Positions 52,919 through 64,000 of a stretch of 64,000 nt of DNA are shown here, in pieces. A program made the translations under genes and the position numbers. Where the stretch lies: the NCBI GenBank assembly GCA_043228905.1, contig JBHGNT010000020.1, positions 3,658,001 to 3,722,000 on the forward strand, given 5' to 3'. The notes below the pieces were generated by a model. The model searched no databases and was not told where the DNA came from. It saw only the letters and a list, made by a program, of their open reading frames with translations. Numbering within the stretch: the stretch's first letter is position 1; every line of letters begins with the position of its first letter. The stretch is from Azolla caroliniana (Eukaryota > Plantae > Polypodiophyta).

Positions 52919-54924
52919 TTTTGTATTAACCAACTGAAATGACAGAAACTTCCTTCCCTAATAATGACTAGGTAAACCTAAGGTATGACCCAGCTTTATG
53001 TACTATTGTTCCTAGAGGAACCTCGCCTCGAGCCTTTCATGCTTCCCAATCTCATTTGATTGTAGAAAGCATGTCCCATTTGCCTTCCCTCACATTTTTG
53101 TCTAATGCAAATAACCCATGCATATTGTTTTAGATTTGATGAGATCCTAGGTATCTCCTTCTTACCCATCAAAACTCAACCTTGCATAGAGATGATGTTG
53201 CCATACATTGTTACTTTTGATGGCTTCTGAAATGGATTAATATATGCATGCACGAAAATATTGAAATATATTACAGAGGGTATATGCATACAGTATATAG
53301 CATTCAAATTTTTAGAAAGTTATAATTGCTCGACCTAAAACAAGCATAAGGAATACACTTATAACAACGTTATGTGAAGCACATCTCTAGAAATTGTTTA
53401 CGTATATACTAATCTGTTCTCTTTAAATATAATAAAGCTCAGGAAAAAGATGTCCCTGGTCGTATCCTAACAATGTTATAAGTAGTTTTTTCTCTAAGAC
53501 ATTTGTCGTATCCCAAAATTTTGACATGTGTAGAGATTGTGCTGTTGTGTGCTTGCAAGAATCCACAAAAACAATCAAAATTTATCAAGAGTCTTTGTGG
53601 ACAAAAGCATTTGATAATCACTAAAGAACATTGTCATTAGATTGGCAAGTATAATTCAACATGAGCTTAGATGCTCAAGGATGTATTTTAGAGACATTAA
53701 TTTCCTTAGGAAGGACTTTCATGTTTTGTAAACTCATGTATGATATGTATGTATATGAGTGTGTATACCATATATGGAAGGCTGGCTCATAAAAACAAAA
53801 AGAGGGACAACAATGCTAGTAGTGTACGTTAGTTTTTTTGATGCACTTACAAGTGTACATGTGACTTGCCCTCTTCTGATTCTTTAAGGAACTTATTGAA
53901 GGACAAAAAGAAAAAGACAGTATTGTGGGTATGTTTTTGAGCTAGGCATGGTGGAATTGGCGATAATAAGTTTGATTTTGTCCAAGAGATAGCAATGGGC
54001 ACTAGGGATCGGCAATAGCTTGGTTCAAGCCTAAACAATGGTCAAGCACCTTCTCACAAATAGTTGATAAAGATGGTTCTTGCAACAATAGACGAAAAGT
54101 TTCTTTACTCATATATTCAAGGCAGGAAAACAAAACTTTCATTGGTTTTGAGCCTCAAGAAAACTTTTTTCTCTTTTGATTTTTTGTACATAAAAGTTCA
54201 CCAAAATCTCATTGTTGCCTAATTTTGGAGGAAGTATAAAGTGGTTGTGCTAAGCACACAATTCATAATGCAGAGGAACATGATTATAAAAAAATTAAAG
54301 AAGTTTCTAGTAGAGCAAAGATATCTTACCGTTCTTTTATGCTTGTGAATGAAATTGACCACCTCATGACTTCCCATGACATCCATGCAATTCAATCAAG
54401 ATATCACAAATAATTGCATTGTAAACCATATCAAGCTAGACCTGTGCCACCCACAGTTCATTCCTAGTTATAAATGATCGTGTATCATTCAGTACTTGAA
54501 TGTTTATCATTGTTATTATGTGATGTGAATAAAACCTTAAAATGGGCATCTACACAACTATAGATAGGACCCTATAAATTCATGCATACCCTAGAGTGTT
54601 ACAAAGCAAATCATCCACAAGGAATAAGGTAGATTAATCCTCATGATTAATCACATTTTTCCTCATTTATGTAATTTGCATTGCAATTTATTTATCTTCC
54701 CTCAAGCAAGAGGAATGGTTGAGCTTCTTCATTGCCTTCTCGGTCATGATATTAATGCAAACTAGTTGCGAGATCTAGAGTGGCAGGTGAATTACATTTA
54801 GGGTTAGAATACTTCTTATAAATAACAGTCAAGCTTTGCTTGTAGATCGATATAATGTAGATAGAAGGAAGGAACCATTCCCTCACTCTTGATACACACA
54901 ATGTAGAATGAAAGCATTGATTTA

Positions 54925-55569
54925 TTGAACATTACAAAAGTAAAGAATATGCCGAATCATCAATTACCACATCTTGCTTGGAATGTTGGATGTAAGCTAC
55001 AAAAGAATCATGAGAGTAAGATTCTCTCATCCGGTTGGGTTGTTGACGTAAGGAAATGGTTTAGAAGATGGGGTGTGGATGATCTTTCAGAGCTTTCGAG
55101 CGATGTTATGCATGATGTAATGATAGAGGAAAGGTTGGTGGAATCATTAAGGATGAAGTGGGAAGATGCTAAGAGGACAAAGCTAGATAACTACATTGCA
55201 AATGTCAACCCTGAATGTTGGTCTCAATATAAAGCAAGAATGCCTATTGATCGTATCCAACCTTATCTCATCACCAATATGAGTAGTAATGCTCCTAGAG
55301 CCCTTACACTACTTCGCACTCGATCTCACAAGTGAGGTATTGAAGTTGCATCATGGTATCAAAATGTAACGAATTTGAAGACATGTAAAGTATGCAATGA
55401 AGGCATGGTAGAGGATGAATGTCACTTGCTCTTCACATGCTCGACATATAGTGCAATTCGTTCAAGATATGCTGACATACTAAGCGGGAGTGATAACTAA
55501 AGTGCCATACTTAAGACACCACCTAGAAGGTTGAGCTCATATGTATATGCTTTATTCACGCATAGAGAT
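54925..55569 (+). mobile_element. 5'-truncated RTEX-like LINE fragment
   Basis: HQLPHLAW..KILSSGWV..KWF.RW and RTRSHK*GIE..CKVC..EDECHLLFTC resemble the C-terminus of the LINE at 24633-38512. Confidence 0.75.
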
Positions 55570-56140
55570 TGTAAAGAAATGCGTGCGTAAGCTTGTAGGC
55601 TTCACCGACTTCATTGGATATTAGTAGAACTATTGTGCAGGTTTTAATGGAACCTTCAATCACACACAGAGAGTATGCGGGAGAGACAGAGAGAGCAGAA
55701 CAATAAAAACTATTCAAAAATACTGAAAGACTCTGTACATACAATGTGCTCAGTGAGCACTTTTTATACAAGTTCGTAAAGGACTGACGAAGTACTGACA
55801 AGTACTTCAATGCTTGTATAGAGCATTAAACATTGACTCCCAAAAATATGCCTACGTACTAGGCTAGAGTCGTAGGCCTCTAACGGCCTACCAGTTACAA
55901 TCCGATCCGGATTACGATCCAACTCTCCGATCCGGCTCTTGGTTCCAATGTTAGGAACAGTACTAAGACAGAGAAGGAATTAGTACAAAAAGAAGTATTA
56001 GTACTAAGAGAGGTGAAGAACTCTCGAGAGAAGGAAAGAGTGAGTGAGAGGGAGGGAGAGAGAGATCGAGAGAAAAGATATATATTATGTGAAGAAAATG
56101 TACAGTAGCTAGGAGGCTTAAGATAGTCTCTTCACATGGC

Positions 56141-56166
56141 AAACCCTAAACCCTAAACCCTAAACC
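56141..56166. repeat. Interstitial plant telomeric repeat (AAACCCT)3 inserted in the 3' LTR
   Basis: Absent from the homologous position of the 5' LTR (61225-61233). Confidence 0.9.
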
Positions 56167-59100
56167 GATTTGGTTCGAAATAATGCCTTGTGCCTCCTTT
56201 TATAGTGTTCTAAGGAATACTCCTGAAGTTTCTAGAATGTTCTAGAGAAATCTGGAATATACATCAATTTTCTATAATAAAACGAGTCGTTTTGGATTGA
56301 GGACCCGGTTTGTCTGAATATTGACGATGGAAGTCTTCAAGAAGAGCACGAGCATTGGTGACATTCTCTATCGGTTCCCAAGTACGCTCGTTGGGACTAT
56401 ATCCTAGCCAGTTGACTAGATAGTAGAGCTTGTTGCGAACAAGCTTGGAATCAAGGATGGCGGCAACCTCGTACTCAGGTCCATCTTCAAGCTCGATCGA
56501 GGGTGGAGGCTGTGTAATACGTCCTGGGATGGTGCTTTCTTGATAGGGTTCGAGGAGAGAACTATGAAACATTGGATGTATCCGAAGTTGTGGAGGTAGA
56601 TCAAGACGAAAAGCGACATCATTAATCTTTCCGATAATACGGAAAGGACCTAATCGCCGATAATCCAACTTCTCGCATGGGCGAGTAGTCTTGATGTGTC
56701 GTCGGAGTAGCCATACCCGATCTCCAATGTTAAAACTAGATGGGAGTCGATGACGATCCGCATAAACCTTGTGTGTTTGTTGAGCTTGTTGGAGATGAGT
56801 AGATAAATCCGCTTGTATCTTGCGTAACCTCTCCAAACGATCCTTTGCGCAAGGATTTGTGGACACCTCTGGGGTTTCAAGTACACACCACTGGGGGTGA
56901 CATCCCGTATAAGCATAAAATGGCGTAACTTTCGTGGATGCGTTGATAGAGTTGTTATAGGCAAATTCGGCGAAGTGGAGAATATCTGCCAAGTCATCCT
57001 GATGATAGCTGAGAAAGCACCACAGATACTGCACCAACGTTTGATTGGTTCGTTCGGCTTGGCCGTCGGTTTGTGGGTGGTAGCCGGAGGAGAGGTTACA
57101 AGTGACCTTGAGCATGTTAAAAAGGTGCTTCCAGAATTTTGACACGAACTAGGGTTCACGGTCGCTAATGATACTATCGGGAAGTCCATGATGCCAACAT
57201 ACTTCACGCATAACAATTTCGGCAGTGTCTTCACTGGAGATCTCCTTAGTACATGGCAAGAAATGAGCCATCTTCGTATATCGATCGACCACCATTAGAA
57301 TCGCATTGAACCCCTTAGAGACTGTAAGATCTGTGATGAAGTCTAGAGCAATGGATTGCCACGGCTTGCTTGGAATTGGTAATGGTTCTAATAAACCATA
57401 TGGATGATGCCTTGGCATTTTCGCTCTGCAGCATGTATCACAAGTCCGAACAAAATCCTCGACAAATTGTCGCATACAGGGCCACCAGAATGATCGTTGT
57501 ACTAAATGTAGTGTTTTAGTACTACCAAAATGCCCAGCTGTATATGTGTCATGACAGTTTTGTACTACTTGAAGGCGGCAAGAACCACTAGGAACATACA
57601 AAAGTTCTTTAAAGAAGAGTAATCCATCATGGTATTTGAATTGCCGATAATCCGTACTTGGTGGTTGCGACTGTGAACACGACGCTCGAGAGGGATCAAT
57701 TTGTGCTAGTATAGCTTGGGCGAACGCATCTGTCTTCAAGTCTTCGCGTATGGTATCGATAACGCGGGAATCCATGGGCATGTCAAAGATCTTTGTTGCT
57801 TGTAGTCGTGCCGGTCCCAAGATGACTTGTTTTTGGTTATCGAAAGCTGGCTCGCCAGGACGGGGTGCTAGATACGAACGTCGTGATAATGCATCTGCCT
57901 TCCCTTGGTGCTTCCCCGGACGATATGTAATTTTGAAGTCGAAACGCGTGAGGAAGTGGGCCCACCGAGCTTGACGTCGATTCAACACACGAGCATCCTG
58001 AAAGTAGGCAAGATTCTTGTGGTCACTAAATACGGTGACCGGATGAGGGGATCCCTCCAGAACATGCCTCCATTGCATAAAAGAATCCACTATTGCCAAT
58101 AGCTCCTTATCATGAATTTCGTAGTTTATTTCGGTGGCGTCAAACTTGCGTGAGTGAAAAGTCACAGGATGTAGCTTCTCATCATTCCCCTGTTGTGACA
58201 GAATGCTCCCCAATGCAAAATCCGATGCGTCAGCTTCGATAATAAATGGTTTTTCCGGATCGACATGAGCTAGAATTGGAGTCGATGTAAATGCCTTTTT
58301 AAGACTCTCGAAAGCCACGTCCGTTTCTTCAGAACAAATGAACGGTTGTCCCTTCCTGGTAAGTTGTGTGAGAGGTAGAACGATCTTTGAGTAATCTTGT
58401 ATGAACTTCCGGTAAAAATTGGCAAAGCCTAGGAAGCATTGTACATCCCGCACCGAACGTGGAGTCTGCCATTCTACCACCGTTTTGACCTTAGCTGGGT
58501 CCATGGAGATGCCTTCTAACGAAATGATGTAGCCGAGAAATTCCACTTGGTTGCACCCGAAACTACATTTTTCCAGCTTTGCATATAGACCATGTTCTCG
58601 AAGTCGTTTTAGTACTAATAGTACATGAGAATCATGTTCTTCTTGGGTCTTTGAATAAACCAATAGATCATCCAAATAGATGATCAAACAATCATCCAAT
58701 AGATCTCGGAATATATCATTAGCCATGTGCTGGAAGACTGCCGGTGCATTAGTGAGGCCGAACGGCATGACTGTATACTCGAAGTGCCCATATCTGGTGC
58801 GAAACGCAGTCTTCCATTTGTCTCCTGGTCGGATCCGTACGAGGTTATATGCTCCCCGTAAGTCGATCTTCGTGAAGAACCTAGCACCATTGATCCGTTC
58901 TAAAAGACTTGAGATAAGGGGAAGAGCATACCTATTCCTGATTGTAACCTTATTCAGGCCACGGTAATCTACAACAAGACGAAGCGATCCATCCTTTTTC
59001 TTGACGAAGAAAATGGGTGCGCCGGCTGGAGATTTCGAATGCCGGATGAAACCATTTTCCAAATTCTCCTCTATATAGGCCCGAAGGACTTCCAGCTCGG

Positions 59101-61385
59101 TTGGTGACAAATTGTAGATCGGTCCCCATGGCGGCTCTTTTCCCGGTTGTAAATCGATGGGGCAATCGTACGGTCGATGATGAGGAAGTGTGTTGGCTTG
59201 TACTTTATCGAACACATCGGCGTAATGACGATACTTCTCAGGAAGTTGAACGGTGGATCCTTCTTTAGTGGTGCTGGAGGGGTTTACTGATATTGCAAAG
59301 AGGAACATTTCCTCCTTGTGCCCTTCTTTACGCAACTGACGTAGCGAAATGGTTGCCATCTTCTGAGTTGACCCTTGGGTTTGTCGACACCGGATTTCTC
59401 TAGTTCTCCAATCTATGTCTGGGTTATGTAACTCGAACCACGATAATCCTAAAACTATGGGATATTCTGGGATACTAATAATATTAAATGATACCACACA
59501 TGCTAAGTTATCTAGGACAATATTAATGGGCTCTGACTCTTCTATGATATTTCCGGAAGCAATGGGATGTCCATCAATGACTACTACAGAGGCTGGACAC
59601 TGGAGTTTCCTTAGGGATATCTTATGAGCTTGAGAAAATTTCTTATCCATAAAGCAAAAGTTAGCTCCGGAATCTAGGAGTGCTGGGACATGTACTGGAG
59701 GGGTACTTTTAGTACTAACTATTACTTGGGCTACGAACACATCACTAACTTGCTTAGAGGGAATGGAACCACTAATGGGCTGCACAAATCTAGGGCTGTC
59801 CAACCAAACGGCTCCTATTTTGGCTGGACTTAGTCGTTTAACCCTTCTTCTAACTGACTAAGGACATCAAATCTGTTTGCTAGATCTGGGCTATTAGTAC
59901 TATTAGGACTATCAGATATCCCTACTGAAATAGGCTCGGGTTTAGTACAATTAGAACTAGCGACTATTTGGTTTACCTATCTTCTTGGCCTATGGGGGCA
60001 ATTTATTGCAATATGTCCTGGTCCACCGCAGTAAAGACATAGTCGATTTGTACGACGTCGCTGCTTTTCTTCTTTGGATAATGGCCCTCGATGACATGTA
60101 GTGTCAATCTCCATCGGAGTCGGAGTATTCGCTGGAGGCGCATTATATGACTCCCTCGGAAAAGGTCTTGCTACCACTGAGGCGTAGGTGGGCTCTGATC
60201 TTGCCCTCGACATCTGTAGTTGTCGTTCCGAACGTCGCTCAAAGAGGCGGTTGTCACATCTCACCGCGCGACTGATTGCTTCTGTTAAGGACTTTGGCTC
60301 TTCGGGGAAGGTCAAGAGTAAATCCTTGACGTCGTTGTGTAAACCATAACGGAATTGCTCCATCAACGCTTGATCATCCCAAGGGATATCGGCGGCGAGT
60401 AGGTGAAAATCTGCAGCATATGCGGAGGCTGGACGGTCACCTTGGCGTAATCGCTGAATTTTGTTGGTTGCGGTCCTGATGATGTCAGTATCTCCGAAAC
60501 ATGCTTTAAACTCACCTAGAAACTCTTCAAAATTGTTGAGTAACAGGGATTCCTTTTCTAATAGTGGAGCGAACCACGTCGATGCTGAGCCACTTAACAA
60601 AGTGCCTACTAAACCCACTCGTGATGCATCGGTGGGATACCGGGAAGGATGCATTTGAATAACTAATCGTACCTGGTTAAAGAACCCTCTAAACTGCGAT
60701 CGCGTTCCATCGAACTTCGTGGGAAGGCCAATCTTGGGTTCTTTATTAATCCCTTGTGTTCCGGGCACTTGTTGTTGCATCGCTACGATGGTTGGTTCGA
60801 GTTGTTGCACGCGTAACGCAAGTTCCCCATGTTGTTGCGTTTGCTGCTTTTCTAAGGAGATTTGCTGAAGATCCCCCAGCAACCGTTGGTTTTCTTGTTC
60901 CAAAGCATGGAACTTCTCTTTCAAGCATTGAAATTCCGAGAAAACAGATTGATATTCTTCAGCGCTAACAATGGCCATGGGATGAAAGAAAAGAGGAATA
61001 AGAGATTAGTAGGAAATGAGAGAGATAGAAGGTAGGGAAATCGGTTCAAACTGTCAGGAACAATACTAAGACAGAGAAGGAATTAGTACTAAAAGAAGTA
61101 TTAGTACTAAGAGGTGAAGAACTCTCGAGAGAAGGAAAGAGTGAGTGAGAGGGAGGGAGAGAGAGATCGAGAGAAAAGATATATATTATGTGAAGAAAAT
61201 GTACAGTAGCTAGGAGGCTTAAGACTGGCGTTGAACCGATTTGGTTCGAAATAATGCCTTGTGCCTCCTTTTATAGTGTTCTAAGGAATACTCCTGAAGT
61301 TTCTAGAATGTTCTAGAGAAATCTGGAATATACATCAATATTCTATAATAAAACATAAATGAAAATAATATTTTATGCATTACAA

Positions 61386-61450
61386 TGTATAGTCTAATGG
61401 TCAAGAGCTCGACCCATGTAGTATAAGGTCATGGGTTCGAGTCTTGCCAT
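61386..61450 (+). promoter_or_regulatory. tRNA-like A/B-box module in chromovirus 2 LTR U3, antisense
   Basis: TAGTCTAATGGTCAAGAGC (61390-61408) and GGTTCGAGTCT (61434-61444). Confidence 0.65.
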
Positions 61451-62074
61451 ATCATGACACTCGAACTCCGATCCGGCTCTGGCTTATTTAGCTGATCCGG
61501 ATCCGGTTGAGCTTATCCACTCAACACTCCCCCTCAAGCTCAACTTGAGGTCGGATCACTATGTTTGTTTTGACCGATCCCTGTTGTCAGCTTCTTCTGG
61601 TGTCCTTGCGCCTTGCACGTGTTCCTCGACCCGACTGGTTCCACTTCCCACGACTCGTCTGGTTCTATGCACCTTGACCTTCCTAGTCGGCTTCACAGTT
61701 GAGGACCCACTTGCGCACAAAGTGATAATGCACCTCGATGTGCTTAGTGCGAGCATGAAACACAGGATTCTTGGTGAGTTGCGTGTGGCTCATCATGTTG
61801 TAGTAGATCAGGATCGGAGTTGGTACGTCGATCCAAAGATCTTGCAGCAACCGCCGAAGCCATATGACTTCACAGGTGGCGACAGTAGCGCGCCAATACT
61901 CAGCCTCAGTGCTCGATAGAGCCATTGTCGGCTGTTTTTTGCTGCTCCACGCAACAATCATGCTTTCGAGAGGGAACATATAACCAGAAGTGGACCGACA
62001 ATCTGATACATCACATACCAAGTTGGCATCGGTGTAACCGACTAGCTTTTCAGTTATACCGTGTCGGTATAATA

Positions 62075-62762
62075 TGTTGGGAGACAGGTCCCTCCGGATG
62101 GGAAGAGTGAAGAACAGTGCCGATGAACAAACTCGGCCGAGGCCGAAACTGGATGAGGAGTACCCGGCTACGGAGAGCCGAATGGTGCAGACCCGGTGAG
62201 AACCGGATGAGGAGTACCCGGCTACGGAGAGCCGGATGACGCAGACCCGGTGAGAACCGGATGAGGAGTACCCGGCTACGGAGAGCCGGATGGTGCAGAC
62301 CCGGTGAGAACCGGATGAAGAGACATATTTGTAAATATGTTTCTGAGAGTCCATCGAGGCTATATTTGTAAATAGCCGAAAAGTCATATTAGTATAAATA
62401 TGACTTAGGGCAAACTTTTAGATATAGTTGTTGTTGTCATCTCTTGTTGGAAAGAATCAGAGAGAGCGCGTAACTGTGTATAGAGAGAGAGAGAGAAAGA
62501 GGTCGTTGCCTCTGTTGTAACCGCCGCCTGTGGCGAAGATCGTGAGCACGAGGTCGTTGCCTCCGTGAACTCGTTGTTTGTACATTCCTAACATAGTGAT
62601 AGTTTGCAGCCTATGGGCTGCCATGGTTTTTCCCTTAGTCTGGGTTTTTCCTGTGTACTCTTCTCCTCTTTGTGTCGTGCGTTTCATTTCTCGTTTTCTG
62701 TGTATGATTCTAAGCTCAGTTGTGGCCGAGCATTGCGTATAAGGAGCGTTGAGTTCCCGTCA
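62075..62762. mobile_element. Solo LTR with internal 57-bp tandem repeats
   Basis: TGTTGGGA...TCCCGTCA; TSD TAATA (62070-62074 and 62763-62767); the Copia RT frame rejoins across it; about 3 repeat units at 62150-62320. Confidence 0.9.
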
Positions 62763-62989
62763 TAATAGTGCCCGGTCCTTAGTGCTGCTAACATACCTGA
62801 GTATTCGGTGCACACACTAAAGATGCTCCACGATCGACTTCTGCATAAACTATCTTATCATCCCAACCGGATAGCTGATGTCAGGGCAGGTGATTGTTAA
62901 GTAGATAAGGCTTCTGACAATTTGTCGGAACCATCTCTCATTGCAGGTTGGTTTAGAGTCGGCACGAAGCTTCTGGTTCCAGTCTAGGG

Positions 62990-64000
62990 GTGTGGAGACT
63001 GGTTGGCACAGACAAAATAGTAGTGCACCTCAATGTGCTTGGTCCGTGCGTGGAAGACGGGGTTCTTCGCGAGCTAGATGCTACTGAGGTTGTCGTAGTA
63101 GATCGTCATCGGATCGGACACCTCCACATGCAGATCGTTAACCATATGGCTTCGCATGTCCCGACAACCGCTCCTCTATACTGGGCTTCGGTGCTCGACA
63201 GTGCAACTGTCGACTGCTTCTTGCTACTCCACGCTATCGCAGCACTCCCAAGAGAGAACGCGTATCCGGACGTGGATTGGCGATCGGCGGCGTTGCCAGC
63301 CCAATCAGCATCGGTGTAGCCGACCAACTGCGGGGCTAGACCGGTCCGAAATAGTAGTCCCCAGTCCTTAGTGCCGCTTACGTACCGCAGTACGTGTTGC
63401 GCACACTGAAGGTGCTCCTCGGTAGGTCGCACCATAAATTGACTGATCACCCCGACCGGATAACTGAGATCGGGTCGGGTGATTGTCAAGTAGATAAGGC
63501 TTCCGACAATTTGTCAGAACCTCGTCGGGTCGCATACCTCTCCGGAATTGGGGCGAAGCTTGACGGTTCTATCTAGAGGAGTCGTGACGGATTTATAGTC
63601 TGCCATCCCGAATTTGAAGAGCATATTCAGCGTGTAGTGACGTTGGCTAATCAATATGCCTTCGGGGGTGCGGAAGTAATGAAGGTCCTCCAAATCCTTC
63701 ATGTCGAATGATGCCGCAAGCTGGAGCTTCACGCGGTCGATTTCACTTAGGTCGGCGCCGGTGATGACCAAGTCATCAACATATAGTAAAATACTAACCG
63801 ACCCAAGTCGACCTTTCTGGATGAACAGGGAAGAGTCCGATTTTGACGTTGCAAAGCCCATCCGACGCAGTTGCTGCGTGATCTTCGCGTTCCAGGCACG
63901 CGGGGATTGCTTCAGTTCGTAAAGGGACTTCTTCAATCGGCACACTGCTGAAGTGTTCGTTCCAGAGTGAAACCCGGGGGGCTGTACCATGTACACCTGT
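62990..64000 (-). pseudogene. Further Copia RT/RNase H fragment
   Basis: LKKSLYELKQSPRAW, LYVDDL, TRPDL, YTDADWAG, LSSTEAQY. Confidence 0.9.

Larger units (their letters stand above)
55949..61459 (-). mobile_element. Second Tcn1-like chromovirus: 5' LTR 61052-61459, truncated 3' LTR 55949-56281; gag ~60978-59830; pol 59803-56264 with one internal stop at 57149
   Basis: 884-aa PR-RT-RH-IN ORF (LLDSGA, YLDD) plus a 293-aa IN-chromodomain ORF; LTR similarity; the U3 start and PPT are deleted in the 3' LTR; no matching TSD seen. Confidence 0.95.
55570..62990 (-). mobile_element. Copia 3' part: 3' LTR 55570-61526 (interrupted by chromovirus 2), PPT, RNase H/RT remnants (interrupted by a solo LTR)
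   Basis: TGTAAAG...CTCAACA followed by CTCCCCCTCAAG (reverse PPT); WSSKKQ, LSSTEAEY, HARTKHIEVHYHFVR. Confidence 0.75.

Noticed and set aside
61386-61450. True tRNA genes here and at 968-1036 and 39033-39100
   Set aside because: Only A/B boxes and partial arms are present; no convincing acceptor or anticodon stems; all lie inside LTRs.
62150-62320. CRISPR-like array or repeat protein in ORF 61683-62387
   Set aside because: Plain 57-bp tandem repeats without unique spacers in a solo LTR; the ORF is a chance fusion to Copia RNase H.

Overview
Plant-type eukaryotic genomic DNA (inferred seed-free plant such as a fern, lycophyte or moss, from Tcn1-like self-priming chromoviruses, an RTEX-like LINE and TTTAGGG repeats). 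It is almost entirely nested transposable elements around one intact host gene, a TBL/PC-esterase O-acetyltransferase at 50484-52918. From left to right: (1) the 5' LTR and gag of a Gypsy element; (2) an endonuclease-less Penelope-like element (1313-6152) with 72-bp inverted ends, a hammerhead-like motif and a very long target duplication, inserted in (3) a non-chromovirus Gypsy that carries an extra 3' ORF and is itself in (4) a Copia element; (5) a Copia element (17206-45385, TSD ATTAG) expanded to about 28 kb by an RTEX-like LINE, a 13-kb Sola2-like DNA transposon with a RING cargo gene, a fold-back LTR element with two U3 ends, and a chromovirus; (6) an L1 fragment, the TBL gene, a LINE fragment, a second chromovirus inside a Copia LTR, a solo LTR and further Copia RT fragments. 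The most interesting signals are the EN-less Penelope-like element and its junctions, antisense tRNA-like A/B-box modules in the U3 of three Gypsy LTRs, and the U3-U3 fold-back LTR integrant. Also notable are Tf1-type self-priming, a GTTAAAC plus stem -1 frameshift signal in both chromoviruses, and a repair scar made of telomeric repeats plus a templated filler. All calls were made by eye, with no database searches.
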